Source: a virus
Taxonomy: Duplodnaviria; Caudoviricetes
DNA length: 56,363 nt
Reading direction: 5' to 3' (one strand)
IMG/VR virus record: IMGVR_UViG_3300030329_004250
Span: 1 to 56,363 of that record
Within the stretch, counting starts at the first letter, position 1, and the number at the start of each line of letters is the position of its first letter. The translations under genes were made by a program, and so were the position numbers. Under the pieces are notes generated by a model. That model made no database searches and was not told where the DNA came from. It saw only the letters and a program-made list of their open reading frames with translations. Below are positions 28,845 to 38,824 of this stretch, in pieces.

Positions 28845-29552
28845 TTAGCTTCTCCAGTTTTCTTGATAACCTAAGACTTCTTGTGGAATTTGTGATTCTT
28901 GGCGAGATGCACTATTTAACATTTCTATTATTGTGGACGCCTGCTTTTTTGTTAATCTCTCTATTCGATCATGTCTCTCCCCGTTGGAATTCACTAATCT
29001 CATAACATCTACATTTAGTTGCTTACATTTGGCATTCATGAACTTAATTTGGTTCTCAGTTATTGAATCATCAACTGAGATATTGCCTGTTGCTTTTACC
29101 TTTACTTTTAGTTTATCAGAAATTTCTTCCGCAGTGCATACTTTGAGTTTCAAGGCTTTTCGTAGGGCACGACCTTCTGCCCGTGTAGATGCAGTAGCTA
29201 AAGCAAACACGATAAAATTATCGTCAATATTGCCAGATTGCCCGTCGTTGAAAACATCAGCGACATCTGCATAAGTACGTTCTGAACCATCCCACCACCT
29301 AAACGTGATAGAATAAGATACGGTAGCTCGCCCAATACCATTGCCCATTACCGGAAAAACTTCAGTAGGTTTACTATCTATTATATCCCCTAAAAGCAAT
29401 TCACCAACTCGCCTTAATCCATCAGCTTTGGGATATCCTTCATTTAGTTCCGTCTCATCTAGTAAAGACATGACAAATGGATGCCAATGAAGAGAAAGAT
29501 AGAATGCGCGTTTTTGTTCGTTATCAAGTTCAGCAAATTCTTCAAACGTCAT
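28845..29552 (-). CDS. Rad52/Sak-like single-strand annealing protein
   Basis: ATASTRAEGRALRKAL helix after beta strands; C-terminal TENQ...LTKKQAS..I motif typical of SSAP tails. Confidence 0.6.
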   Translation of the reverse strand: MTFEEFAELDNEQKRAFYLSLHWHPFVMSLLDETELNEGYPKADGLRRVGELLLGDIIDSKPTEVFPVMGNGIGRATVSYSITFRWWDGSERTYADVADVFNDGQSGNIDDNFIVFALATASTRAEGRALRKALKLKVCTAEEISDKLKVKVKATGNISVDDSITENQIKFMNAKCKQLNVDVMRLVNSNGERHDRIERLTKKQASTIIEMLNSASRQESQIPQEVLGYQENWRS

Positions 29553-29554
29553 AA

Positions 29555-30337
29555 TTAAACCTCGATTTCTATTAGCCTGTTTTCTTCATCTGGAAACGAG
29601 TCAGCAATTTTGTCTAATTGTTCTACGATACTATCAAGCACAGTTCTCATCTTTTTTTGAGATAGACTTTTAGTCATTTGCTTGACACGAATTAAAACAT
29701 AGCCTTCATTGATTAGCAAGCCTGTTTTTACGGCATCGGACTTCTGATGTTTTTGAAGACTTTCTACTCCCCAAATAGGCAAGAAATGTGACGGACCATC
29801 AATCTCAATAGCCGTTTTAATATCGGAAATATAGAGATCAACCTCCAACTTATTATCTGGAATTAGGTTTCTCTCGTGAAATCTAACAGTCCAGCCTTGT
29901 TCTGTCAAGTTCTTTCTGAGGAATCTTTCCGTTTTTGATCCCTCTGTAGCAGCCTCTCTGACCGCCTGTGCCGCGAGACTTCTAAGGTTCTGCTTCTCCT
30001 CCTCAGACATCGCCAACCAGTTGTCTTTGCTGATCTGAGACAGCCTCTCGCGTTCCTCGTCAGACGTTTCAGACCATGCCTTAGCCCGTCCCTCACTTAC
30101 TTTGAATTTGTGGTCCTCTGTAAGTTTAGAACCTTTCTCAATTGGTGGTTTACTCCTACCTCTTTTAAGAGCTAACTTTTGAGCTTCTGAATAGTCTCTT
30201 TTTTCCGCCCCTAGAAACTTTAGTGCTCTCAAAATCTTAGTTGAGTAAGTACCAAGGTTTTCCGCTATTTCGTAACTGCTACAACCCTCTTCATGCATTC
30301 TCAAGATCTGCTCTTTATTTTCTCTGGCAAATCTCAT
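29555..30337 (-). CDS. putative free-standing endonuclease (HTH + NUMOD3-like + DUF559/Vsr-like nuclease)
   Basis: N-terminal SSYEIAENLG HTH; TEDHKFKVSE repeat-like segment; E...VDLY...AIEIDG.SH. Confidence 0.7.
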   Translation of the reverse strand: MRFARENKEQILRMHEEGCSSYEIAENLGTYSTKILRALKFLGAEKRDYSEAQKLALKRGRSKPPIEKGSKLTEDHKFKVSEGRAKAWSETSDEERERLSQISKDNWLAMSEEEKQNLRSLAAQAVREAATEGSKTERFLRKNLTEQGWTVRFHERNLIPDNKLEVDLYISDIKTAIEIDGPSHFLPIWGVESLQKHQKSDAVKTGLLINEGYVLIRVKQMTKSLSQKKMRTVLDSIVEQLDKIADSFPDEENRLIEIEV

Positions 30338-30788
30338 AAATCTTCTCCAGGTTAAAATCCTCGTCTATACCATCTACTTCTACATTGAAGTTATTCTTTA
30401 TTATATCTGCTTGTAGCTGACTACGAACAATTTTTTTAATCTTTGGGTTCGACAATATGTTGTACACACCATAGAAACTAAATGGATGACTCATCCAGTC
30501 CATTTGCCAAATGTAGAAACATTTATCTGAATTTACAGATGTCTTATTCATAACATCTGCCCCATCCAAAGATGTTGCAACAACAAGTCCATTATTGAAA
30601 TGCGCTATATCGCTAATATTGGAATACGCAAAGAAAGTATCTATAACCTTATGGCTTATATTTGTTAAAAATCCACAGATTTCATCATTGTGAGTATTTA
30701 CAAAACTATTTATTTTATCCATCAAAGTATAATTTTTATCGCTCTTGATAAAATCGTCGAATATTACGCCTATTTTCATTCTACCCAT
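30315..30788 (-). CDS. hypothetical protein, possible glycosyltransferase-like fragment
   Basis: 157 aa; VVATS...KCFYIWQMDW resembles GT-B N-terminal domains; last gene of the GT cluster. Confidence 0.45.
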   Translation of the reverse strand: MGRMKIGVIFDDFIKSDKNYTLMDKINSFVNTHNDEICGFLTNISHKVIDTFFAYSNISDIAHFNNGLVVATSLDGADVMNKTSVNSDKCFYIWQMDWMSHPFSFYGVYNILSNPKIKKIVRSQLQADIIKNNFNVEVDGIDEDFNLEKIYEICQRK

Positions 30789-31216
30789 CCTGAAATAAAG
30801 TCACTACATATTCCCATGTAATCACCGTTTGTGATTATGGTATTTTCTTCCGGCAGCATTATAATAGATTTTGGAAAAATTGATCCAGCATATGAAAGTA
30901 CAAAATTACGATTGGTCATAATTAAGTTATCCGATTCACGCCAGAAACAGTGGTATCCCTCTTTTAAAAGACGTAAGAGTGCTGTGGGGTTTCTAGCTTG
31001 AATTAGTAACTTCTCTTTATCGAATACATTTAAGTTAATCCCAGTAGAAGGGTGGTCTGTGCCTGTAACGGTTTTGTCCTTTATGACCCAAATATCAGTC
31101 TTAACACATACTCCAGCTTCTAAAGCTTTTTCGAGATAATCTGGCTTGTTCTCTTCATCGGGATCTTTGCCGCCAAGATTACCTCTATTAGAAATATAAA
31201 TCTTTTGTTCTTGCAT
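30776..31216 (-). CDS. GDPD/PLC-like phosphodiesterase-fold protein, degenerate active site
   Basis: ISNRGN...EEN...AL..G...KTDIW...GTD...GICSD aligns with HRG...EN...E-x-D...HD...SD, with His/Glu substituted. Confidence 0.6.
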   Translation of the reverse strand: MQEQKIYISNRGNLGGKDPDEENKPDYLEKALEAGVCVKTDIWVIKDKTVTGTDHPSTGINLNVFDKEKLLIQARNPTALLRLLKEGYHCFWRESDNLIMTNRNFVLSYAGSIFPKSIIMLPEENTIITNGDYMGICSDFISGWVE

Positions 31217-31964
31217 TTATTGTACTCTTGCATTTTTGTGCGGATTTCTTTAAACCTAATTTATTGAAAATATTCGCCCACTCTACAAAAGGATTGTACT
31301 TTTTAATTGTATCGTTTCTTATCTCGCTAATATCTTTAGCTTCATTGTTTATTAGATATTCTGCTTTTTGTTCAAAATCTTCTTGAGAATCAAAAACCAT
31401 TTCTTCTGGAAGATTTGAGTCTTTAATATTTGTTAGAGGTGTGCCGCCAGATTCTAATATGCGATATAGTGAATATTTGTCTAATGCAATGTTTACTTTT
31501 GAAGAGGCGTATAAATCGCCAGCATTATTTTCCGGGATTGTGCCACAATAATTAAATGTATTTATAGGCTGTTTTGAGAAAATCTTAAATCTATTTTTCA
31601 ACCTAATAAATTTAGTTACTAATTGCAACAAGTTTGGATCTGGATTGTTCACTGACATGTCGCATTTTAATTCGTCTCTGACTTGACCTTTACCAATTAG
31701 TATACAACATTCATTTATTTTATATGAAACATTGTTATTTACAAATGAAATACTAAAATCTTCTTCTACTTCCTGATTTGGGTTATTATAGTTTTCAATC
31801 TTAATACCATCTATTTTTGGTATATCCTTTTTAAATTCAAAATCATAAACTAAAATATCACATGGTTCAATTGTATTGACAGCCTGTACATCATAGCCCG
31901 CATGAACCAAAGTAGAGACAAAACCTATTAGATCTTGATTTTTTGATATGACATTTATCTTCAT
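31188..31964 (-). CDS. glycosyltransferase-like protein (GT-B C-terminal type)
   Basis: LYASSKVNI...YRILESGG...F.S.EDF..K..YL pattern. Confidence 0.5.
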   Translation of the reverse strand: MKINVISKNQDLIGFVSTLVHAGYDVQAVNTIEPCDILVYDFEFKKDIPKIDGIKIENYNNPNQEVEEDFSISFVNNNVSYKINECCILIGKGQVRDELKCDMSVNNPDPNLLQLVTKFIRLKNRFKIFSKQPINTFNYCGTIPENNAGDLYASSKVNIALDKYSLYRILESGGTPLTNIKDSNLPEEMVFDSQEDFEQKAEYLINNEAKDISEIRNDTIKKYNPFVEWANIFNKLGLKKSAQKCKSTINARTKDLYF

Positions 31965-32653
31965 ATAACATCCTTCATTGAATGTACTTCTTTTATTTTG
32001 CCTTTTGGCGACTCATAATAGGCTATCTTATGTCTGCCTTTTATTAACTCATTCATGAATTCAAATGATGACATGTTATTATCGGCAGTATTTAACTTAG
32101 TTTTTATGTAGTTAAAAATAAATTTTGGGAAAAACGCTATTTGCGACCACTTATCTGGTAAACCATACGAAAAATTTTGTACATGTTCGGTATCAGTTAT
32201 AACGCCAACAGCAGTTTTATCAAGTCTGCAATTCTTATCAATAGGTACACAAATATTATCTTGAGACGGTGGTTTTATAAAACTCTGCGAAAAGATCAAA
32301 TCACCATGAATAAAAAATACATTGCTTTCTAGACAAGCATTTATACCCTTTTTCATGCTCTCGACTATGTGCGTAGAATCAAAAAATGGGTTTTCTACTA
32401 ATCGCAAGCCTTGTACATCTCTTATTACTTTATCAGACATGTACCCTGTAACAAGAACTATATCTGTATTTGCGCCATATGCTAATTTAATAGTTTCAAC
32501 TTGATGGTCTATAATTCTTTTATTGCCATAAGGTATTAGAGATTTATTGCCATAATTTTTTGTTCTACGTCCAGTACCAGCACTTAATATAATAAATGTA
32601 TTATTATCTGATGTTCGCCTAGTGCCTGTTATATATCTAGTTTGTCGTGACAT
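31961..32653 (-). CDS. sugar/phosphocholine nucleotidyltransferase (NTP_transferase family)
   Basis: IILSAGTGRR....NKSLI, VTGY, ENP.F, HGDLIF motifs. Confidence 0.8.
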   Translation of the reverse strand: MSRQTRYITGTRRTSDNNTFIILSAGTGRRTKNYGNKSLIPYGNKRIIDHQVETIKLAYGANTDIVLVTGYMSDKVIRDVQGLRLVENPFFDSTHIVESMKKGINACLESNVFFIHGDLIFSQSFIKPPSQDNICVPIDKNCRLDKTAVGVITDTEHVQNFSYGLPDKWSQIAFFPKFIFNYIKTKLNTADNNMSSFEFMNELIKGRHKIAYYESPKGKIKEVHSMKDVI

Positions 32654-33128
32654 GATATAAATCTAGTGGTATATACTTGACTATCCCTTGGCACTTTGAT
32701 AAATCAAATAAATCATCTGTATTCTCAAGTCTTCTGCAAGCCACGATTGGATTATTTTGGATCATTAGTACGTCGTCAATTGTATAATCGCAAACTGTTG
32801 CAAAGATATTTCCATCTTCCATTGGGGAAAATAGTTTGTCTACTACATCTTTTTTTGGAAAAGATTGTTTATTAAAAAATAAGATAGCGTTACACTGTTT
32901 TTCAACAGCGGTTCTAATAGCTATGTTTAACCCCTCATTTCTCTCTTCGAAATCCAACCCAATAAAGGAAAAGTCATCCTCGCTGTAAGATCCTTCGGCA
33001 TTATGTAATCCGTTGTCGAAGAACAAAGTAACTTTATCAAAAGCCGTTTTAGTGGCATCCATGAATTCTTCGATAGTATCATTTGATGGTTTATCAGAAC
33101 CAAAGTCTTTAGAGACTAGTATCTTCAT
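32637..33128 (-). CDS. hypothetical protein, weak GT2-like
   Basis: RNEGLN.A......ILF segment resembles GT-A, but there is no DxD. Confidence 0.4.
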   Translation of the reverse strand: MKILVSKDFGSDKPSNDTIEEFMDATKTAFDKVTLFFDNGLHNAEGSYSEDDFSFIGLDFEERNEGLNIAIRTAVEKQCNAILFFNKQSFPKKDVVDKLFSPMEDGNIFATVCDYTIDDVLMIQNNPIVACRRLENTDDLFDLSKCQGIVKYIPLDLYHVTTN

Positions 33129-33813
33129 TTATATCTTCCCATGTAAAGATCATGCTATCTATCTCTTGTTCCTGCTGTGATTCCACAAGCTTATCTTTAA
33201 AAGATACATCTTTGTTGCCTTTTAGCATTTTAAAGATTACGTTATTGACTACAAACGGCGAATTTTCAATAAGGGCCAACCTGTTCATTTTTATGTTGAT
33301 AAACTCATTTACTTTATCTAAATCTTCTTTCGAAATTTTATCATCTTCATGTAGTACTATAGTGTATCCATTTTTTATCTTATTAAACGTGTCGTCCATG
33401 TATTCAAATACTGTCTTTTTTTCCTTGAAAGAATTTGTTATAAAATAGTTGGGCTTATTGCCGATTTTTAAACTCAATGCTTTAAAGTTTTCTTTAGTTG
33501 CTAGGCACACGCGATTGTCTTCTGTAACAAGATTCTCTATAGAATCAAGTATAGAGAATGTTTTATCTATGTCTGTGTCAACAATTATAAAGTGAAATCT
33601 GATATATTTTTCTTTTAGTATTTCTGCTTTTGTTTTATCTTCCGTGGTTCTAAAATTACAAATTCTATCAAATTGATAATCACCGTCTACTATTTCACAC
33701 TTTGAAGACTTTGTTTTTATTGTTTCTAATATACCAAGTTGACATGAGGTTTGTTCTTCATTTTCTTTTACATTGAATGTGCAGTCTTTGCAAGACATGC
33801 CTATTTTTGACAT
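33109..33813 (-). CDS. hypothetical protein with N-terminal Cys cluster
   Basis: Start moved to MSKIG (GAGGAG SD); CKDC...C.LG...C N-terminus. Confidence 0.65.
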   Translation of the reverse strand: MSKIGMSCKDCTFNVKENEEQTSCQLGILETIKTKSSKCEIVDGDYQFDRICNFRTTEDKTKAEILKEKYIRFHFIIVDTDIDKTFSILDSIENLVTEDNRVCLATKENFKALSLKIGNKPNYFITNSFKEKKTVFEYMDDTFNKIKNGYTIVLHEDDKISKEDLDKVNEFINIKMNRLALIENSPFVVNNVIFKMLKGNKDVSFKDKLVESQQEQEIDSMIFTWEDINEDTSL

Positions 33814-35450
33814 AACCAACTCTCCTCTGGAAACTGTATATTTCCAATTCTCGCATTTTCCCAAAAGTTTTTATTCTTAGCTTTTTCTCTAAACATGTTT
33901 ATTATATCGTCACGAGTAAGCGGTCTATAATTTTCTCTGTTAAAGATGGACATCTCCCCATAGAAGAAGCCACCGGGATTATTCTTAAACTGTTGAAAAT
34001 TGAAATCTCTTAATATTTTATTAATGCTGTAACTGTTGAGCATCTTTGGTTCATTGACAACATGCATAACTAAAAAGTTAATTAAATCTTTATTGTTCTC
34101 AGTCTGTGGGATGTCGGCATCTGGTCTTCCAAACTCTGTAGCCATATCCCATGTGCCGTAATCTAGTTCATCAATACACTGTTCCCAGATTTTAGCTGTT
34201 TTATCCCATCCATAATTTTTCTCAAATGCGGCTCTTGTTTTCTTCCTATCTTTAACTCTAAGAGCTTCTGGTTTAGGTAGTAACTTTTCCCATAACTCTA
34301 TGATATGTTCATGATCTGGTAAAGCGCGGTAACAACCAGTTTCCATTTCTAAATGTTTTGATCTTAGCTTAATTGGATAACCCTGAAGCTTTCTTACTTC
34401 ACTCTCCATAGCTGAGTAATCAGTTGCCATAACTGGAACACCACAAGCCGCCGCTTCTACAATGGGCAGACCAAATCCTTCGCTATTGGCCGGTTGGATA
34501 TAAACATCAAAAAGATTGTAAATATAAGATAAAGTCTTTGTGTCTACACCATCGCCAACATTTGTTAGTTTTGAACCAAACTGGCCACATTTTTTACATG
34601 GGATAACTGTATCGGAAAATCTTTGACATGATGCTGCACCACACGCAGCGCATAAATATGTAAATATCACTCTAGAACTTATTTCATTTTCAAATAAATA
34701 CTTGGGCAAGTCCCATCCATTATCTGGGTATGAAGTATGACAATACAGGTACGTATTAGTATCGCCAGTCTTTTTAAGATACTTACCAAATGCCTCGAAA
34801 AGTTCTGGAAATAACTTTCGACGCTGATTTCTCATGACTGTGCCGATAATCTTCCATTCGGGATTTATCCCCATTTTTTCTTTATGAGCAGTTTTATTTG
34901 GAACTTCTGCAAAATCTTCCGATGCAGATGGTGGTGCAGCACATTTCACATTCATTCTATCAGACTGGGATTTTAGAACATCCACAGCCCAATCAGAGTA
35001 TGTGAGCACAATGTCAGCATCTGAAAAAGAGTCGATCCACTCTTCATTCTGTGGTGAAGCATCCACAGTTGGCATCCATACCCATTTAAAGCATTTTCTT
35101 AATGGGGAATGCTGAATAAAAGCGTCCATCCACCAGTCACGGATGGTAAGTACAACATCTGGTTTAAAGTCTAAACAGGCTCTGTCAAATCGCCACTTAC
35201 CAAACTGATTAAGACCGTCTTTACCATAAATTTCGTTTTGTTCTTGATTTCCCGCTTGCGGCATATTTGGATAATTTTTCCAAGGGATGGTGCCGCGATC
35301 TTTATGGTCCTCTGTGCCATAAGTTGAGAATTCTGCTAGTTCGTACTTCCCAGTAGCATGAAGTCTTTTTAGTACTTCTCTGCTATATGTCGCATATCCA
35401 GTATTTAAATAACTAGCTTCAGAAACGAAAAGTACTTTTTTTTTATTCAT
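33801..35450 (-). CDS. GT4-family (GT-B) glycosyltransferase with Zn-ribbon insertion
   Basis: TGYA, RNQRRK, EGFGLPIVEAAACG motifs; CAAC...CKKC insertion. Confidence 0.9.
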   Translation of the reverse strand: MNKKKVLFVSEASYLNTGYATYSREVLKRLHATGKYELAEFSTYGTEDHKDRGTIPWKNYPNMPQAGNQEQNEIYGKDGLNQFGKWRFDRACLDFKPDVVLTIRDWWMDAFIQHSPLRKCFKWVWMPTVDASPQNEEWIDSFSDADIVLTYSDWAVDVLKSQSDRMNVKCAAPPSASEDFAEVPNKTAHKEKMGINPEWKIIGTVMRNQRRKLFPELFEAFGKYLKKTGDTNTYLYCHTSYPDNGWDLPKYLFENEISSRVIFTYLCAACGAASCQRFSDTVIPCKKCGQFGSKLTNVGDGVDTKTLSYIYNLFDVYIQPANSEGFGLPIVEAAACGVPVMATDYSAMESEVRKLQGYPIKLRSKHLEMETGCYRALPDHEHIIELWEKLLPKPEALRVKDRKKTRAAFEKNYGWDKTAKIWEQCIDELDYGTWDMATEFGRPDADIPQTENNKDLINFLVMHVVNEPKMLNSYSINKILRDFNFQQFKNNPGGFFYGEMSIFNRENYRPLTRDDIINMFREKAKNKNFWENARIGNIQFPEESWLCQK

Positions 35451-35913
35451 TTACTGCTCTTAACTTATTATAAAATGACCTGACTTTAGCTTTATAGTCC
35501 TTTTTTGACATATCCAAAATATCCCTAATTTCCATATCTTTGTAATTTGATCTTTTGTAGTAAAAGATAGCTTGTTCTTCAATATCTAAATCATCTGGCA
35601 AAACTTCATCTATAGCTGTTTTATCATAAGTTGTAAAACTGCCTAGAAAGTCGCTTAATGCTATATCTCTGTTTTTGTTCTGTTTTTTAATAAACTTAAT
35701 TAGATCATTTCTAATACAGAAAGTAGCAAATGTAGAAAAGACACTTCGGCTAGGGTCGTGCTTCCTATATGCTTTAAGCATTGACATTAAAGCCACTTGT
35801 ATTATATCCTCAAAATCATAATTATGACCGTGAGAATAAAACTTACGGGCTAACGAAATCGCTAACCCGTAGTTTTCATTTATAAAATCATTTTCAGTAT
35901 TCTTCATCTGCAC
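35443..35913 (-). CDS. sigma-70-family RNA polymerase sigma factor (short, regions 2+4)
   Basis: DFEDIIQ.A...L.A...DP...FSTFA..CIRN; C-terminal HTH; ATG at 35907 is a likely start. Confidence 0.8.
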   Translation of the reverse strand: MQMKNTENDFINENYGLAISLARKFYSHGHNYDFEDIIQVALMSMLKAYRKHDPSRSVFSTFATFCIRNDLIKFIKKQNKNRDIALSDFLGSFTTYDKTAIDEVLPDDLDIEEQAIFYYKRSNYKDMEIRDILDMSKKDYKAKVRSFYNKLRAVNE

Positions 35914-36211
35914 TCGTCTGTAAGTTATTGACTATCTTAAATTCATTGACTCTAAAAGTTACTTTACCGTTACCGCTACGTGCTGTACAGTTTACCACCA
36001 AAGAGTCTCCTACTTCACAATGGTCATAAATAGTTTGCGCGCCACTGTCCCATGCTTCAAAGAATAGGAAGTTCCTATCTCTAATTTTCTGACCGCTTTT
36101 ATTTTTGCGGTACTTATCAATTGACATTTTAAATCTAAGAACTTTCGTGTTGAATTCTTCTGAGATATTCATGTCTTCAGCAATACGTCCAAGAAAAACA
36201 CAATTATTCAC
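35894..36211 (-). CDS. ssb: single-stranded DNA-binding protein
   Basis: MNN.VFLGR..D ... F.AW...A.....GD OB-fold signature; acidic tail ADEEY. Confidence 0.8.
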   Translation of the reverse strand: MNNCVFLGRIAEDMNISEEFNTKVLRFKMSIDKYRKNKSGQKIRDRNFLFFEAWDSGAQTIYDHCEVGDSLVVNCTARSGNGKVTFRVNEFKIVNNLQTSADEEY

Positions 36212-36215
36212 AACG

Positions 36216-36485
36216 CTACCTCTTTTTAGTTAAGGAGTTAAAACGCGAAAAAGCTTCGTTATAGTTATGATACTGTTCAATAACCTCTTTTGATCCTTTA
36301 TTTGATTTGTAGATCTGTATTCGAGGTTTTTCTATATCATATCGACTACGAGAACGAGAGCGAAAAAAGAAACGTAGATCACACATTTCTACGTCATATT
36401 TTTTTATAATACAACCATCAAGCAAGACTTTCTTATAGTAGTCCACTTGGTTTAAGAGATTGGTTTCCCAGTTTTGATCAGTCAT
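36216..36485 (-). CDS. hypothetical protein
   Basis: 89 aa; ATGA overlap with the DnaE C fragment. Confidence 0.65.
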   Translation of the reverse strand: MTDQNWETNLLNQVDYYKKVLLDGCIIKKYDVEMCDLRFFFRSRSRSRYDIEKPRIQIYKSNKGSKEVIEQYHNYNEAFSRFNSLTKKR

Positions 36486-38014
36486 ATCTGATTTATTTCG
36501 TTTACGATGAACGAGTTTCGGTCCCTAGCACGCTGACCAAACATTAAGACTGTAGCGGTCTCATATATTATATCCTGATACTGATGATATATGTCAGGAA
36601 AAACGACAACATTTTCAATTTCTACAGAATCGTCTCTAACTGATAGAAATGCCATCTTGTCTTTGTTCTTGGTCGTGTGCTCTTTTACTTGAGTGATTTC
36701 AACAGCTAGTATACTTTTATTCTTCTTACCGTCAAGCACTTCTTTGCAGGTCGTGTTGGCGAAACTAGCGTCAGCACAGCCATCTACTTTTGAGTAAGAG
36801 ATAGGGACACCAAGCAGGTTTTCTTCACTAATTGAAATCGACATGGGATTGTCTTTTAATGATCTGCCGGGATTTTCTAATCTATTAATTATATCTGAAA
36901 ATGCTTCTAGTCTTTTGGTCGTTGCAACAGCACCGCCGTCTTTTTTTAATCTATTCAGGTTTATGAGATTATCTTTTAAAGATAGGGAGGAATCTACTCT
37001 GTCTTGCAGGGTCTCCAATTCTTTCTTACTCAGATCTTTTATGCAAGAGAATTCGTGGGTCATTTCTGATCTTGACTTTTTCAGTCCCGCGAAGAATCCA
37101 ACTGCAATAAGATTGTTTACCGCCCTTTTATTTACATTGGGTAAAATGTTCACTACATATTCTACCCAGGTTTTTGGTTTTAGTTCGTTAAGAAAATCCT
37201 TGAGTTTGATGAATTCATTTACTCCAACATTTTTGACATTGGTTATGCCGAAGTAAATGTCCCTATCCTGTATAGAGAAGTTTGATTCTGGATATTCATG
37301 TAGGGGTGTTTTTACGTTGATATGGTCTAACTTGGCACTCTCTACAAGTTCATAAATTTCCTGATTGGGATCGATTTTTTCTTTTGCATTTGACAGCCAG
37401 TGAAGATAAAACTCCAACTTTTTATTAGCTTTTAAATAGGCAGACCAGTACGCCATCAGTGCATACGATACTGCGTGTGATTTGTTGAAAGAATACCGGT
37501 TAGACTTTTCGATAATATCAAAGATTCTATCAGCATCTTCTTGTGTATGTCCTTCTTTTAGGCATCCTTCAATGAACTCACCTTTGACCTGACGCATGAG
37601 GTCAGCTTTTTTCTTACCAATCGCTTTTCGCAAAGTATCAGCTTGTGACTCTGTGAAGCCAGCCATGACCTGTGCAATTTGCATAGCTTGTTCTTGGTAA
37701 ATGATAATATTATAGGTTCTGGAGATTACCTTGTCAATAGGTTCGTACAGACTTTTAGTTTCTTCTATATTATGTTTTCTGTCCACGTACCTTTGGGTCA
37801 TGGACTTCCCGTCTTCGATAGCTTTTAGTGTACCGGGACGGATGATAGAAATAACGTCAGCCAGTTCCTCGATATTGCGGGGTTTAGCCTCTTTGCACCA
37901 ATGTTTACCAAGATGAGTTTCTAACTGGAACACGCCTTTGGTATGACCGGAACAAATCAAGTCCCAAGTTTTTTTGTCTTTAAGATTGCATTTTGTGATA
38001 TCAATAGTGTCCAT
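36482..38014 (-). CDS. dnaE: DNA polymerase III alpha-like, C-terminal fragment (fingers, HhH, OB)
   Basis: TKGVFQLE, IRPG, IIYQEQ.MQIA, LRKAIGKK, YSFNKSHAVSY, MAFL OB fold; GGAGG SD before ATG 38014. Confidence 0.92.
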   Translation of the reverse strand: MDTIDITKCNLKDKKTWDLICSGHTKGVFQLETHLGKHWCKEAKPRNIEELADVISIIRPGTLKAIEDGKSMTQRYVDRKHNIEETKSLYEPIDKVISRTYNIIIYQEQAMQIAQVMAGFTESQADTLRKAIGKKKADLMRQVKGEFIEGCLKEGHTQEDADRIFDIIEKSNRYSFNKSHAVSYALMAYWSAYLKANKKLEFYLHWLSNAKEKIDPNQEIYELVESAKLDHINVKTPLHEYPESNFSIQDRDIYFGITNVKNVGVNEFIKLKDFLNELKPKTWVEYVVNILPNVNKRAVNNLIAVGFFAGLKKSRSEMTHEFSCIKDLSKKELETLQDRVDSSLSLKDNLINLNRLKKDGGAVATTKRLEAFSDIINRLENPGRSLKDNPMSISISEENLLGVPISYSKVDGCADASFANTTCKEVLDGKKNKSILAVEITQVKEHTTKNKDKMAFLSVRDDSVEIENVVVFPDIYHQYQDIIYETATVLMFGQRARDRNSFIVNEINQI

Positions 38015-38186
38015 ACAAGCAAACCTCCGCATCAACTTTTTGAATTACCCATTTTTTAATTGTACGGGTCGTCCCGTATTTTTCAAGACTGATTCCACGA
38101 ATGAAATCTCTCCAATACTGTGTCTCTATATCTTCTGGACTTTTTTCTTTAGTTTTTCTATTGTTGGACCACTTAACCTGTTCCAT
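38001..38186 (-). CDS. possible small hypothetical protein
   Basis: 61-aa ORF filling the gap but overlapping both neighbours; no recognisable motif. Confidence 0.3.
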   Translation of the reverse strand: MEQVKWSNNRKTKEKSPEDIETQYWRDFIRGISLEKYGTTRTIKKWVIQKVDAEVCLYGHY

Positions 38187-38824
38187 AATTGTAAGCCGCT
38201 CCTGAATTCTATATAGTTCACCGATACAGCGAAGTCATTATACTTTGCATCTATTTCTTCGTTAGGTATAATAAAAGAGTAGATTTTGATCTTGCCCTTT
38301 GAATCTTCAACCAGCATACTTTTAAAAAACTCATGTGGCACAACCACATCTTCACCAATTTTAGAAAATGGTTTGGTGATATCGAACACGGGTCCGCTGA
38401 TAGAATAAACCTCTACCACATTTTCTTTAAGAGCCATTGTCCTAGCTTCTTCTTCTAACATCCTCCAAACTTTACGATTTAAATCTGGATGTTGCGGAGC
38501 CATGTTAGACATTAGAAATGTTTCACTATTTTCCAATCTGCTCGAATTCCGATCCGCAGAAGGCACCAGATGCCCCCTATCGTAGCCTGAACCGCGATAA
38601 TCCGCTAGACTGCACCGGAAGGTTTCTGGGATTCTCAAGTCCGGTCTGAAGCAATCCTCGCGGTCTACAGAGACATCCTCTGCCTGACCGTCAATAATGT
38701 GCATGGACCATCTTGGTTGCCGGAATAAGTAGGAATAGCCGATCAAATAATTCCGGTTTGGAAGGATCTGATCGGCAGTTGGCATACCGTATCGTGTTTG
38801 TGGGAATAAGCTTGGTATTTCCAT
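38126..38824 (-). CDS. DNA/RNA non-specific endonuclease (NucA/EndoG-like)
   Basis: SGYDRGHL, TFLMSNMAPQ..LNR..W..LE, VP.EFFK motifs. Confidence 0.92.
   Translation of the reverse strand: MEIPSLFPQTRYGMPTADQILPNRNYLIGYSYLFRQPRWSMHIIDGQAEDVSVDREDCFRPDLRIPETFRCSLADYRGSGYDRGHLVPSADRNSSRLENSETFLMSNMAPQHPDLNRKVWRMLEEEARTMALKENVVEVYSISGPVFDITKPFSKIGEDVVVPHEFFKSMLVEDSKGKIKIYSFIIPNEEIDAKYNDFAVSVNYIEFRSGLQLWNRLSGPTIEKLKKKVQKI

Noticed and set aside
38063-38078. Small hairpin TACGGG-ACGA-CCCGTA upstream of the dnaE C fragment
   Set aside because: Only 6 bp, no clear U-tract on the sense strand and no similarity to the three-copy element; too weak to call.
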